Assembly: GCA_033723415.1 (NCBI GenBank)
Contig: JAWVXD010000001.1
Span: forward strand, 384,001-448,000
Length of the DNA: 64,000 bases
DNA from: Sulfurospirillaceae bacterium
GTDB lineage: Bacteria > Campylobacterota > Campylobacteria > Campylobacterales > Sulfurospirillaceae
Direction: 5' to 3'
The position numbers and the translations under genes are program-made. Each line of letters starts with the position of its first letter. Within the stretch, counting starts at the first letter, position 1. A model generated the notes under the pieces. The model searched no databases. It saw only the letters and a list, made by a program, of their open reading frames with translations, and was not told the origin of the DNA. Below, piece after piece: positions 37,086 to 48,041 of this stretch.

Positions 37086-37228
37086 GTTATAAATATTTGA
37101 TCGTTCTAGTCATTTATATTATACATAAAATTATACATAAAACTAAGAAAAATAGATTTTTTTTGCTTTATAAAAGATTGTCAGCTCTTCTATGGTAAAA
37201 TAATACAAACTCTATATGGGAATAGCTA

Positions 37229-37912
37229 ATGATGAAAATACTTATGATAGAAGATGATTTAGAATTGGCAGAGATCTTATCTGAATACTTAGAACAATTT
37301 GATATCCATACGACTACTGCAGAAGATCCGTATATAGGGCTATCTTATCTGGATAACCAAAAATTTGATCTTGTTATTTTAGATTTGACTTTACCAGGTC
37401 TTGATGGTTTGCTCGTATGCAAAGAGATAAGAAAAAAGCACTCTATTCCTATCATAATATCATCCGCAAGACACGATTTGACAGATAAAGTAACAGCTTT
37501 GGAAAACGGCGCAGATGATTATATCCCAAAACCATATGATCCACTTGAACTCAGAGCCAGGATCATGAGTTTGCTAAGAAGACATAACCAAGATTTTGCA
37601 ATAACAAAAGAATCCAAAAAAGAAGAACCGGATCTAGTGTTAGATGAAGACAAAATGATTATAAAACATATGGGAAAAGAACTCAATTTAACTGTTGGAG
37701 AGTATGAAATATTGGCATATCTCATTAAAAAAACAGGTGGCGTTGTATCTAGAGAAGAGCTTATATATAATGTTGATTCTATAGGAGAAGACACTACAAA
37801 TAAAAGCATAGATGTCATCATCGGGCGCATAAGAAATAAATTGAACGAAAATCCAAAAGAACCAAAATATATACACTCAATTCGAGGTATTGGCTATAAG
37901 TTGACACAATGA
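37229..37912 (+). CDS. cprR: OmpR-family response regulator (CprR-like)
   Basis: ILMIEDDLELAEI receiver domain plus wHTH; divergent from cbpA as in Campylobacter. Confidence 0.8.
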   Translation: MMKILMIEDDLELAEILSEYLEQFDIHTTTAEDPYIGLSYLDNQKFDLVILDLTLPGLDGLLVCKEIRKKHSIPIIISSARHDLTDKVTALENGADDYIPKPYDPLELRARIMSLLRRHNQDFAITKESKKEEPDLVLDEDKMIIKHMGKELNLTVGEYEILAYLIKKTGGVVSREELIYNVDSIGEDTTNKSIDVIIGRIRNKLNENPKEPKYIHSIRGIGYKLTQ

Positions 37913-39141
37913 ACAGAAATTCTATCTTTTACAGTATCACCTTTATCTTTATCATCTCTATAGCCAGTATCATCTTGGCTTTTATGTTTTTGATGGATTA
38001 TGATCAACAAAATTATACTGAGAAATTAAATAACAAATACACTATAATTGCCAGAGCTACCCTCTTCCATCTAAATAATTTCATAACAGAAAAAGAGTTG
38101 GAGAAGCAGGTAGAAGGCTATAATATGAAAGAAATGAACGATGCAAAAGAAAAGAATAGAATCATAAAACATGCTTTGGTTTTGCAAAAGATCACTAATA
38201 GAATAGGTACTAGCTCTATACTTGTATATGAAAAACAAAATTATTTGCTTATTGAGCATGGCAGTACGGTACTTCTATTGAAAGACAATGATTATCAACC
38301 TTACAGATATCATACGATAAGAAGTATTTTTGCATTGATATTACTTATAATCATAACTGCATATATTTTAACCATTAGAAAGATAAAACCTCTTAGGAGA
38401 TTAAAAAGAGAGATGAACAAATTTGCCAAGGGAGACCTGCAAATATCTTGTGCTACTGATGGTGAAGATGAGATATCTCAAGTAGCAAACTCATTTCAAA
38501 ATGCTGTTGATCAAATCAATAAACTTAACAAATCCAGACAATTATTTTTGAGAAATATTATGCATGAGCTAAAAACTCCTATTACAAAAGGAAGAATAAG
38601 TGTAGAAATGATAGGAAACAGCAAACAAAAACAAAGGCTTATAAATGTTTTTGAAAAGTTAGAATTACTTATAAATGAATTTGCCTCTATAGAACAAATA
38701 ACCTCTGGCGAGGGCATAAAAAACGTCAAACCTTATAGACTTAGTGACATTATAGACGAAGCAACAGATTTGGCTATGATTTCAGAAAATCAAATAACTA
38801 TTGATATCGAAAAGAATTATATAGTACATGTTGACTTTAGATTGTTTACAACTGCAATAAAAAATATTATCGACAATGGAATAAAACACTCAATAGATAA
38901 AAAAGTGATTATAAAAACAACTGAGAATCAAATCATATTTATATCTTTGGGAAATCCTCTTAAGTACGATCTTTCTCACTATATAGAGCCATTTACTCAA
39001 GAAGAGATCACACACAAAAGCTTTGGTTTAGGGATGTATATAGTATATAATATTTTAAAGGCACATAATCTAGAGTTCAAGTATGAACATAAAAGCAGTC
39101 AAAATTATTTTAGTTTTGAGAATCTAAATAAACTATTTTAG
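37909..39141 (+). CDS. cprS: ArsS/CprS-family sensor histidine kinase
   Basis: Two TM helices, HAMP, RNIMHELKTP H-box and GLG. Confidence 0.8.
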   Translation: MNRNSIFYSITFIFIISIASIILAFMFLMDYDQQNYTEKLNNKYTIIARATLFHLNNFITEKELEKQVEGYNMKEMNDAKEKNRIIKHALVLQKITNRIGTSSILVYEKQNYLLIEHGSTVLLLKDNDYQPYRYHTIRSIFALILLIIITAYILTIRKIKPLRRLKREMNKFAKGDLQISCATDGEDEISQVANSFQNAVDQINKLNKSRQLFLRNIMHELKTPITKGRISVEMIGNSKQKQRLINVFEKLELLINEFASIEQITSGEGIKNVKPYRLSDIIDEATDLAMISENQITIDIEKNYIVHVDFRLFTTAIKNIIDNGIKHSIDKKVIIKTTENQIIFISLGNPLKYDLSHYIEPFTQEEITHKSFGLGMYIVYNILKAHNLEFKYEHKSSQNYFSFENLNKLF

Positions 39142-39145
39142 AAAC

Positions 39146-40351
39146 TTATTCGTTTCTCAATGTATCTAAGACATTTATCTTAGTAGCTTTGTAAGATGGA
39201 TAATATGATGAGAATAAAACAATACAAACAGATCCTGCCAAAATCAAGAAGAAATCAGTTAGAGATAACTCAAGCGGCAACTTTGATGTTCCATAAACAT
39301 CTGCAGGCAGGGATACGATATCAAAAGTTCCAAGCAGATATATAGATAAAAGTCCCAGAACAGTACCTATGACGATACCTCCACCACCTATAATTGCACC
39401 TAAGTAAAAAAATGTATTTTTGATCTCTTTTTTGGTAGCACCCAGTGAAAATAAAAGCGCTATTTCTTTTCTTCTGCTCATGACCGTCATCAAAAGTGAA
39501 CTTATGATATTTAACGATGCTATTAAAATTATCAACATCAAAACTATAAAGAGAGACCTCTTCTCCAAGGCAAGTGCTGAGAAAAAATTACCATTCATCT
39601 GCCACCACCCTATAACCCCTAGATTTTCCGGCAAAACTTTTTTGATCTTGACTATATCAGAGAAAGGTGTTTTTGAATAAATATGTATACCGTCATACGT
39701 ACCGCTTTTATAATTTAAAATAGTTCTTATAGAATCTAAGGTCGTATACATATAAACTTTATCATAGGCTATCAGTCCTGATTCAAAATAACCTTTATAT
39801 GTAAACCTTTTCATTCTAGGAACCAAAGAAAATCCGCTTGGGTCATTTTGAGTAAAGATAAGGATCAATTTATCTCCGACATTTAAATAGTTGCTGTCTT
39901 TTATCTCTTTACCGACTATTAAGTCATATTTCTTTGGGTTTACGCCTTTGAGAGCTGAATTCAAAACAGAGTTTATTTTCTTTTCTTTGTTAAAATCAAC
40001 GCCAAAAAGCAATCCTCCTTCTAGCTTACTTCCTCTTTTAGTAATAACTTGTGAAGATATATAAGGACTAAACAACAGATTCGGAAATTTTTGTTTTAAA
40101 AAATCTAAATCATGAGTATTGACTTTATCAAATGTTTTTGAATATATACTAAGCGGATAATTCATAGTAAAAAGTTTTCTCTCAAACTCTTTATCAAAGC
40201 CATTCATGATGGCCATAGCAACAAGTAAAACAGTTACCCCTACACAAACACCTAGAAAAGCGAGAAAGGCACTGACTGTGATGAAAGGTTGTGCCTTATC
40301 AAATCTTAGATATTTTCTGACAAGGTAGCCGCTTATACTTTTTTTTGCCAT
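39146..40351 (-). CDS. Lipoprotein-releasing ABC transporter permease (LolC/E family)
   Basis: AIMNGF and ASLNIISSLLMTVMSRRKEIA motifs; FtsX-type domain. Confidence 0.9.
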   Translation of the reverse strand: MAKKSISGYLVRKYLRFDKAQPFITVSAFLAFLGVCVGVTVLLVAMAIMNGFDKEFERKLFTMNYPLSIYSKTFDKVNTHDLDFLKQKFPNLLFSPYISSQVITKRGSKLEGGLLFGVDFNKEKKINSVLNSALKGVNPKKYDLIVGKEIKDSNYLNVGDKLILIFTQNDPSGFSLVPRMKRFTYKGYFESGLIAYDKVYMYTTLDSIRTILNYKSGTYDGIHIYSKTPFSDIVKIKKVLPENLGVIGWWQMNGNFFSALALEKRSLFIVLMLIILIASLNIISSLLMTVMSRRKEIALLFSLGATKKEIKNTFFYLGAIIGGGGIVIGTVLGLLSIYLLGTFDIVSLPADVYGTSKLPLELSLTDFFLILAGSVCIVLFSSYYPSYKATKINVLDTLRNE

Positions 40352-40354
40352 AAA

Positions 40355-42946
40355 CTATACTAACGCGCCTTTTTTCGGTCCACTGACGCCGCAGCAATTT
40401 TTATATTTTTTGCCGCTTCCACATGGGCAAGGAGCATTTCTTGGGATTTTTTTCTCAGCAGAAAGAGTGTTTGAGCCTGATTGGAACATTGAACCGTCAT
40501 GTTCTAGCTTCATACCGCTTTTTGACTCTTCTTCCATAGCTCTTAACATCTCTTCCATAGCACGTTTTTGTGCATCTTCATTTTCATCTTTTAATTTTAC
40601 TACATAAAGTGTTTTAAAACTTTCAAATTTTATCAATTCTACCAATTCTATAAACAGGTTATAACTTTCCTTCTTGTATTCAACAAGTGGATCTTTTTGA
40701 TTATACCCACGAAGCCCAATACCTGTCTTTAGTATATCCATCTGATAAAGATGCTCTCTCCATGCATTGTCGAGGACTTGAAGATACAATATTCGCTCTA
40801 TCTCTCTTTTTTGTTCATCATCTACAACTGACATTTTCATTTTATAAGTTTCTGCCAAGCTCTCATCAATATAATTTTTCAAAGCATCGAAATCTTTGCC
40901 TGCAAAATCTTCTTCCTCAAAACCTTCTTGCAAATCAGAATTTATGATTGATGTCAGTCTATTTAAATTAAAATCAGCACTTGTAGCTCCATCAAAGATT
41001 TCTGCTCTCATTAGTAGATCTGCCACAAATTCTTTTCTAATTTCATCTACTTTTGAACTTATATCATAGTTTGCATCCAAAAGGTTATTTCTAAAGTTAT
41101 ATATAGTTTTTCTTTGTTCATTTGCAACATCATCATATTCTAGCAAATGTTTTCTTGACTCAAAGTTCATATTCTCAACTTTTTTCTGAGCATTTTCAAC
41201 AGCTCTTGTGACCATTTTAGATTCTATATGTTCACCCTCTTCTATACCTAATCTATTCATTATATTTTTGATTCTATCACTACCGAATATTCTCAATAAA
41301 TTATCTTCCAAACTAAGATAGAATCTACTTTTACCGGGATCTCCTTGACGTCCGGCACGACCTCTCAGCTGATTATCTATCCTTCTACTTTCGTGTCTCT
41401 CAGTACCTATAATATATAGGCCTCCCAGTGCTTTTATCTCATCTGAAATCTTTATATCAACACCACGTCCAGCCATATTTGTAGCAATAGTAACGGCGCC
41501 TTTTAAACCGGCATCTTTTATAATTTCAGCTTCTTTTGTATGGTTCTTAGCATTTAAAACAGTATGTGGTATATTTTTATTTTTCAAAAGAGCGTGCAAT
41601 GCTTCACTTTTTTCTATAGAAGCAGTTCCTACCAACACCGGTTGACCTTTTTTATGACAAGCTTCTATATCATCTATTGCTGCTTTAAACTTTTCTGCTT
41701 CACTTTTATATATAAAGTCATTGTTGTCTTCTCTTATCATCGGAAGATTTGTAGGAATAGTAACAACTTCTAGATTGTATATCTGTGCAAATTCTGTGGC
41801 TTCTGTTTGCGCAGTTCCTGTCATACCGGAGAGTTTGTTGTATTGTCTAAAATAATTTTGGAATGTGATATCTGCCAAGGTTTGAGACTCTTCTTTGATA
41901 TCTACTTGTTCTTTTGCTTCTAAAGCTTGATGCAATCCTTCTGAAAATCTTCTACCTTCACTAAGTCTGCCTGTAAACTCATCTACTATAACGATCTCGC
42001 CTTCTTTCACGACATAGTCAACGTCTTTTTCAAAAAGATAATGAGCTTTCAAAGCTTGATCTAAGTGATGAGCCAGTACAGCATTTTCAAGACTGTATAA
42101 ATTTCCCACTCCAAAGAGTTCTTCGGATTTTTCATTACCCTCTTCTGTGATCATGATAGTTCTATTTTTTTCATCTACAGTAAAATCCGTATCTCTTGTG
42201 AGTTTGAGCGCTATTTCATTTGCTTTTCTGTATCCATCCAAAGTTCTGTTCGTTGGACCTGAGATTATCAGTGGAGTTCTAGCTTCATCGATCAAAATCG
42301 AGTCAACTTCATCTACGATAACAAAGTTGTGTCCACGTTGGACTTTTTCATCTAATGAATAACGCATATTGTCTCTTAGATAATCAAAACCATATTCATT
42401 GTTCGTACCGTATGTTATATCTGCTGCATATTGCTCTTTTCTCACTGCTTCATCTTCAAGTTCTGCAGTAACTACTCCAACACTCAGACCTAAGAAATTA
42501 TATATAGGTTTCATATCATTTGCATCTCTGCTTGCTAGATAATCATTTACTGTCACAACATGAGCACCTTTACCGCTCATTGCATTTAAAGTTACGGGAA
42601 GTGTTGCAACAAGTGTCTTACCCTCACCTGTTTTCATCTCAGCTATATCACCGCCGTGAAGTACCAATCCACCTACCAACTGAACATCAAAATGACGAAG
42701 ACCTATAGTCCTTTTGCTAGCTTCTCTTGTTATAGCAAATACATCGTACAATATATCATCGGTTGTTTTACTTCCGTTTCTAATCTCTTCTTTAAACTTA
42801 TTAAATGCCTCTTTGACTTCATCGTCACTCATTTTTTCATAAAATTCTTCAAGTGCATTTATATTTTCAACTTTTTTTAGATAAGATTTGACCAATCTAT
42901 CGTTTTTTGTTCCGAATATTTTCTTTGCTATATTGTTTACGAGCAT
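40355..42946 (-). CDS. secA: Preprotein translocase ATPase SecA
   Basis: [22 protein letters not shown] and C-terminal SEC-C ([13 protein letters not shown]). Confidence 0.98.
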   Translation of the reverse strand: MLVNNIAKKIFGTKNDRLVKSYLKKVENINALEEFYEKMSDDEVKEAFNKFKEEIRNGSKTTDDILYDVFAITREASKRTIGLRHFDVQLVGGLVLHGGDIAEMKTGEGKTLVATLPVTLNAMSGKGAHVVTVNDYLASRDANDMKPIYNFLGLSVGVVTAELEDEAVRKEQYAADITYGTNNEYGFDYLRDNMRYSLDEKVQRGHNFVIVDEVDSILIDEARTPLIISGPTNRTLDGYRKANEIALKLTRDTDFTVDEKNRTIMITEEGNEKSEELFGVGNLYSLENAVLAHHLDQALKAHYLFEKDVDYVVKEGEIVIVDEFTGRLSEGRRFSEGLHQALEAKEQVDIKEESQTLADITFQNYFRQYNKLSGMTGTAQTEATEFAQIYNLEVVTIPTNLPMIREDNNDFIYKSEAEKFKAAIDDIEACHKKGQPVLVGTASIEKSEALHALLKNKNIPHTVLNAKNHTKEAEIIKDAGLKGAVTIATNMAGRGVDIKISDEIKALGGLYIIGTERHESRRIDNQLRGRAGRQGDPGKSRFYLSLEDNLLRIFGSDRIKNIMNRLGIEEGEHIESKMVTRAVENAQKKVENMNFESRKHLLEYDDVANEQRKTIYNFRNNLLDANYDISSKVDEIRKEFVADLLMRAEIFDGATSADFNLNRLTSIINSDLQEGFEEEDFAGKDFDALKNYIDESLAETYKMKMSVVDDEQKREIERILYLQVLDNAWREHLYQMDILKTGIGLRGYNQKDPLVEYKKESYNLFIELVELIKFESFKTLYVVKLKDENEDAQKRAMEEMLRAMEEESKSGMKLEHDGSMFQSGSNTLSAEKKIPRNAPCPCGSGKKYKNCCGVSGPKKGALV

Positions 42947-43043
42947 TAATCTACCTTTTATTTATTTCAAAGTGTGAATTTTATCATACTTTTACTATCT
43001 ATTTGCTAAAACTTCACTATAATATGTCAATGGAGTAAATTTT

Positions 43044-43559
43044 ATGAAATATTTTTTATGTGTAGCCATCATTTTTATTAATATTCAAGCTGGAGTTTTA
43101 GATTTTAAAAGTATTCAAAGTGATTTTATACAAACAATCACCAATGACCAAAATAGTTCAATCAACTACTCGGGAAGGTTTTATGCGACTGATTCAAACA
43201 AAGCACTTTGGATATATGATAAACCCATCAAGAAAAAAGTATATTTTAATGACAAAAAAGTAGCTATAGTTGAGCCTGAATTAGAACAAGTTATAGTAAC
43301 AACTCTACAAAACAGTCCAAACTTAACTCAAATAATAAAAGATGCAAAAAAGATCAAAGACAATACATACAAAGCGACATATCAAGATACCGATTATTTT
43401 GTTGAGATAAAAGATGGTGAAATAGCAGACATAATGTACAAAGACAAACTAGATAACAGAGTCATAATAAAGCTCAATAATCTGCAAAAAAACATCATAT
43501 TTGACGACTCTCTATTTAGAGTCAAAGTACCTAGTAATTACGATATAGTGGATCAATAA
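43044..43559 (+). CDS. lolA: Outer-membrane lipoprotein chaperone LolA
   Basis: FIQT...ALWIYDKP...EPELEQV; divergent from secA. Confidence 0.85.
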   Translation: MKYFLCVAIIFINIQAGVLDFKSIQSDFIQTITNDQNSSINYSGRFYATDSNKALWIYDKPIKKKVYFNDKKVAIVEPELEQVIVTTLQNSPNLTQIIKDAKKIKDNTYKATYQDTDYFVEIKDGEIADIMYKDKLDNRVIIKLNNLQKNIIFDDSLFRVKVPSNYDIVDQ

Positions 43560-43948
43560 TTCTTAACGCACATACCCTCTTTTTTAAGAGCTTCAATTAT
43601 CTCTTTGACACTTGGTTGGGAATTCATTTTTTGAATATAAATATTATCTATATCTACACCGTATTTCTTAGAACAATACGCTATAATTGCTTTTTTTAGG
43701 TTCTCTTTACCTTGAGATGTTATCAAATCTTCAAAATAAAAACTTCCGATCACGATGTTTAGAGAATCCACTATTTTATAGCTTTCATCTTCTACATATC
43801 TACCGTCAAAAACAAGACTAATACTTATAGGAACGGGCTTCTTGTGTAATTTTGAAAAGACTTCAGAGCTAAAATCTTCAACATGAAACATCTGCGCAAA
43901 AAGAGTGACCGTAGTAAACAGCATCAAAAATATAATCGACTTTTTCAA
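43553..43948 (-). CDS. Exported hypothetical protein (FliL-like C-terminal pattern)
   Basis: Signal peptide; EDLITSQGKENLK. Confidence 0.55.
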   Translation of the reverse strand: MKKSIIFLMLFTTVTLFAQMFHVEDFSSEVFSKLHKKPVPISISLVFDGRYVEDESYKIVDSLNIVIGSFYFEDLITSQGKENLKKAIIAYCSKKYGVDIDNIYIQKMNSQPSVKEIIEALKKEGMCVKNY

Positions 43949-43991
43949 GATATGACTCTCCTATTGTTTTATTGTTTTAAGTATAGCTAAT

Positions 43992-45314
43992 TTAATCAAA
44001 AAATGTTTTATATCTTACTTTTTCTTCTTCAATTTTTAAAACTTCATAATTGATATAAAAATCTTTGACTTTTGGCGAAACCGTTGTGATTTTTTGTATC
44101 CATCTATCAAAATCACCGTTACTTTGATGAATATATAGATTTTTTGGATTTTTTGCTCTAGATATTGCTACATAAAACTGACTTTTTTCAAAAATATGAT
44201 CTATATTGCAAACAAGTTCGTCTATGCTCATACCTTGTGATTTGTGTATCGTTATAGCATATGCCAATTTTATCGGAAATTGTTCTATAGATATCAAAGG
44301 CTTTTCTTCGATCTCTCCGTTTAAGACTATGTTTTCACTCATCACATACTCATGTCTATCAACTCGTATCAGAGAATCCTCTTTTTCAACTACTATATAA
44401 TCATCACCTATCTCTCTTACAATACCTCTTTCTCCATTGTAGAATTTACCCCATTTATTAGTGCAGAACAAAATCTTAGCACCGATTTTGAGCATCAGAT
44501 CGCAAGGAATAGGTAAAGAATTTTTCCAATTTTTTATCTTGTTTTCATGCAAGGTCTTTACATGTAGCTTTTCTTTAGCTTTTAACAAAATTGGATTGCC
44601 GTCCAATTCATTTAATTTTTTTAAATTCATATCGTCTGCTTCTCTGTTTCTAGCAAACAATACAGTGGCATCACTTTGAAGAACAGATGAATTCTCTCTC
44701 AAGCTTTTCAAATATTTTATAACATCTTCATCAATATCTGCCAATCTAATTTTACTAAGTATTGAAAAAAACTTTTTATCATTTGTTCTTTTTGTCTTTG
44801 TAAGCTCTATGATTAGAGGATCTATAAATTCCCAGGCACTACTCTCAAAAGCATATTGATTGTTTCCAAGGAGAGAATTATCTACACTTTTAAATACCGG
44901 AGGAAGTTGAAAGAAATCTCCTATAAATAGAATACGTCCCTTAAATCCCGCACTTCTAAGTCTATACTGGATCATATCCAGCAAATTTGCAGAAACCATA
45001 CTAATCTCGTCTATGATCAATAAATCACAACTTTTTAGTATTTTTTTTATCTCACTAAGTCGTCCTTTTGCATATCTGTCATGTTTACTAAGCTCTTCCA
45101 AAGTACTACATATCCCAAATGCAAAGAAGCTATGGATAGTTTGGCCGTTTATATTTACAGCACTGACTCCGGTACTTCCTAAAGTGACAACTTGCTGTGA
45201 ATTTTTTTTGGCTCTTTTAACTAACTCCATAGCGAGGTAGCTCTTTCCGACTCCTCCTCCTCCTGTTAGAAGTGCATCTCTGGTTTTTAATATCTCTTCT
45301 ATTTTTTCTATCAT
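43992..45314 (-). CDS. PIF1-family (SF1B) DNA helicase
   Basis: TGGGGVGKS, DEISMV, GDFFQLPPV, YAITIHKSQGMS and YVAISR motifs. Confidence 0.92.
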   Translation of the reverse strand: MIEKIEEILKTRDALLTGGGGVGKSYLAMELVKRAKKNSQQVVTLGSTGVSAVNINGQTIHSFFAFGICSTLEELSKHDRYAKGRLSEIKKILKSCDLLIIDEISMVSANLLDMIQYRLRSAGFKGRILFIGDFFQLPPVFKSVDNSLLGNNQYAFESSAWEFIDPLIIELTKTKRTNDKKFFSILSKIRLADIDEDVIKYLKSLRENSSVLQSDATVLFARNREADDMNLKKLNELDGNPILLKAKEKLHVKTLHENKIKNWKNSLPIPCDLMLKIGAKILFCTNKWGKFYNGERGIVREIGDDYIVVEKEDSLIRVDRHEYVMSENIVLNGEIEEKPLISIEQFPIKLAYAITIHKSQGMSIDELVCNIDHIFEKSQFYVAISRAKNPKNLYIHQSNGDFDRWIQKITTVSPKVKDFYINYEVLKIEEEKVRYKTFFD

Positions 45315-45432
45315 TCTTAATTATCCATAATATTCAGTATCAATTATTTTGCGTCATTATAGCATAGTTATTTTGATAGCAAATTTGGCTTTTTTAATAG
45401 CTTTTTAACAGCTCATTTGCTATGATTAGTAT

Positions 45433-46095
45433 ATGATTAACCTAGAAAAAGCAAAATTACTAAAACAACTATATCAATACAAATCATTTGGTTTTGAATA
45501 CTTTAAAGATTATAAACCATTGGTTATGCCACAAAACAAACCTTTTGCTCAAAGTTTACATGAACTGGAAGACAAAGTTATGCAATGTCATCTTTGTCAA
45601 CTTGCCAAGGGAAGAAAAAATATTGTTTTTGGTGAGGGGAACCAAAGAGCAAAACTTATGTTCATAGGCGAAGGTCCCGGAGCCAATGAAGACGAAACAG
45701 GAAAACCTTTTGTAGGGCGAGCAGGTATGCTTCTTACCAAGATTATTGAAAATGTTTTAGAATTAAAAAGAGAGGATGTCTACATCACAAATATAGTAAA
45801 ATGCAGACCACCAAACAACAGGGTTCCATCCATTGAAGAGTCTGAGTCATGTAAACCTTATCTATTAGAACAAATAGCGATCATAAAGCCTGAGATCATA
45901 GTGGCTTTAGGTTCTACAAGTTATCATTATCTGAGTGAAGATTATGATATGCCTATATCAAAAATAAGAGGTGAGATACTTGAATATGGTAATGCCAAGC
46001 TTATACCGACATACCATCCAAGTTTTCTTCTAAGAAATCCATCGGCAAAAAAAGAAGTATATGCCGACATGTTAAAGGTCAAAAGACTATTATGA
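45433..46095 (+). CDS. Family-4 uracil-DNA glycosylase
   Basis: CHLCQL, GEGPGANED, KCRPP.NR and YHPS motifs. Confidence 0.93.
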   Translation: MINLEKAKLLKQLYQYKSFGFEYFKDYKPLVMPQNKPFAQSLHELEDKVMQCHLCQLAKGRKNIVFGEGNQRAKLMFIGEGPGANEDETGKPFVGRAGMLLTKIIENVLELKREDVYITNIVKCRPPNNRVPSIEESESCKPYLLEQIAIIKPEIIVALGSTSYHYLSEDYDMPISKIRGEILEYGNAKLIPTYHPSFLLRNPSAKKEVYADMLKVKRLL

Positions 46096-47282
46096 AATCC
46101 ATTTTATTTATCCTAATGTTTACAAGTTTATTACTTTCAAAGAGTGAGATACCTTCGCCTATACCTCCTACAGAAAATGTATTTATGGATTTGAGTGTTG
46201 AAAAGTGTGGCACCGAATGTCTCAACAATATGATTGAGAACGGTAAAGTATTTTCATTTTTAAGTGTTTATAAAAATCACAGTGAATATGATGATATCCA
46301 AAATGCATATGATCAATATTCCAAAGTATTTAACATGACAAAACCTCAAGAAATAAGCATAAAAGTTGCTATGTTAGTACCTCAAAAGACGATTAGAAGA
46401 TATGCTGTCAGCACTGTCAATTCAGTACTCACTTATCTCATATACAAAAAGTTCAACTTTGATTTAAAGATTTATAATTGTGAGGATGAAAGGCAAGATT
46501 CTATCATAAATGCTCTACAAAATATAAAGAATGATGGTTTTACATATGTCATAGCCCCTTTAACAGAGGTAGGAGCAAGAATTCTAACACAAAATGCCGA
46601 TGGATTATTAGTTTATATACCTACGGTAAATATATCAAAGATTGAAAATCCAAGCCCAAATATAGTATTTGGCGGTATAAGTTATAAAGATCAGATCGAC
46701 AAGCTTTTAACATATGCCACCAATAAAGTTGCAATATTTTCAGATCAAAGCAGCATCGCAAATGAATTGGATAAAGATGTCGGTACAACAACAAAAGATA
46801 TCGTTTATCAAAAACAATTTAATAATGATAGGCTTGAATTTAGAAAAATATTAAAATGGAACAAAGCTCTTGATGATTCTTCTATATTTTTAAATTTACC
46901 GCTTGTAAAAACAAGTCTTTTGGCCTCTCAACTAAGAGTTTACAATAGAACACCATATAATCTATTGTCAACACAGATAAACTACAATCCTATGATCTTG
47001 ACATTAACTCAGTATGATGATAGAAAATCTTTACTTATTGCAAACTCCATAAGCAAGACAAATACAGAAATAACACGTGCAAATGAGATGCTTGGAGGCG
47101 ATATAGAGTTTGACTGGGTGAATTATTCAACAACTTTAGGTATAGATTATATATATGAAAAATACTTCTTGTCAAATGGAAAGAGAAACTTTCCTGAAGT
47201 TGTAGTCAATGGTCAAGTTGACTACAATACGACCATTGTATCGCCCAAAAGATATACTCTGGAGCCGATTACAACTCAATAG
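46092..47282 (+). CDS. Periplasmic hypothetical protein (periplasmic-binding/LppC-like fold)
   Basis: Signal peptide; VIAPLT, YIPT and LSTQINYNP. Confidence 0.6.
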   Translation: MKSILFILMFTSLLLSKSEIPSPIPPTENVFMDLSVEKCGTECLNNMIENGKVFSFLSVYKNHSEYDDIQNAYDQYSKVFNMTKPQEISIKVAMLVPQKTIRRYAVSTVNSVLTYLIYKKFNFDLKIYNCEDERQDSIINALQNIKNDGFTYVIAPLTEVGARILTQNADGLLVYIPTVNISKIENPSPNIVFGGISYKDQIDKLLTYATNKVAIFSDQSSIANELDKDVGTTTKDIVYQKQFNNDRLEFRKILKWNKALDDSSIFLNLPLVKTSLLASQLRVYNRTPYNLLSTQINYNPMILTLTQYDDRKSLLIANSISKTNTEITRANEMLGGDIEFDWVNYSTTLGIDYIYEKYFLSNGKRNFPEVVVNGQVDYNTTIVSPKRYTLEPITTQ

Positions 47283-47643
47283 AGTGTAAAAAGCTCCTGA
47301 TCTCATCATCAATTCTGATAGGCTTACCGTCTTTGGCAAAAACCAAAACAACAGTCATGTCAAAGAGTTTTTCTTCATCTCTATATACGCATTGATTTAA
47401 CTTCATAGAGCTATTTCTCAGCTCTATGATCTTATTTTTAACTTCTAACATATCACCTAATTTAGCTGATTTTGAGTACTCTGCATCTATATGTTTGATT
47501 ACAAAATGTCCTCCATCTAAAGTCGGAGTTTTCCCTTGTGCAAAAAACAGCTCACTGCGTGAACGCTCACAAAATTTTAGATAATTTGCATGATAGACGA
47601 TACCACCGGCATCGGTATCTTCATAATAGACTCGTATTTGCAT
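47269..47643 (-). CDS. ybgC: YbgC/FadM acyl-CoA thioesterase
   Basis: RVYYEDTDAGGIVYHANYL.FCER. Confidence 0.92.
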   Translation of the reverse strand: MQIRVYYEDTDAGGIVYHANYLKFCERSRSELFFAQGKTPTLDGGHFVIKHIDAEYSKSAKLGDMLEVKNKIIELRNSSMKLNQCVYRDEEKLFDMTVVLVFAKDGKPIRIDDEIRSFLHSIEL

Positions 47644-47960
47644 TAAAATCCCTTATTTTCGGTTTTTCTAAGCTTCTAAATTAAAAACTGGCACTAAATG
47701 TTTTAAAACTTAAAGCCTTTTTGATTATATTTTTGTGTATTGTACACAAAATAAAAGAAAATATTACTAAAGAGGCAGCTGATTTATTTTATTCTGTCTC
47801 TTCTTATTTTAAAAAATATTACTTACTTTTTTAGATATTGCTTTCTATGTCAGCTGATTGTTTCATCAAAATAATCAGCATAATCAAATGACTATTTTGT
47901 ATAGTGTCATGTCGTTAAGATGGTTACATATCAAAAAATACCTAAATCATATTTTAAAAG

Positions 47961-47996
47961 TTAATTTATTTTTAAAGATTAATTTATTTTTAAAGA
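47961..47996. repeat. Perfect 18-bp tandem duplication in a promoter region
   Basis: ttaatttatttttaaaga occurs twice in tandem. Confidence 0.7.
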
Positions 47997-48041
47997 TGTA
48001 TAATCAAAATATATGCTAGAGAAACTATAAGGAGCTCTATT

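Noticed and set aside
47689..47703. tggcac as a sigma54 -24 box
   Set aside because: No TTGC -12 element at the required spacing
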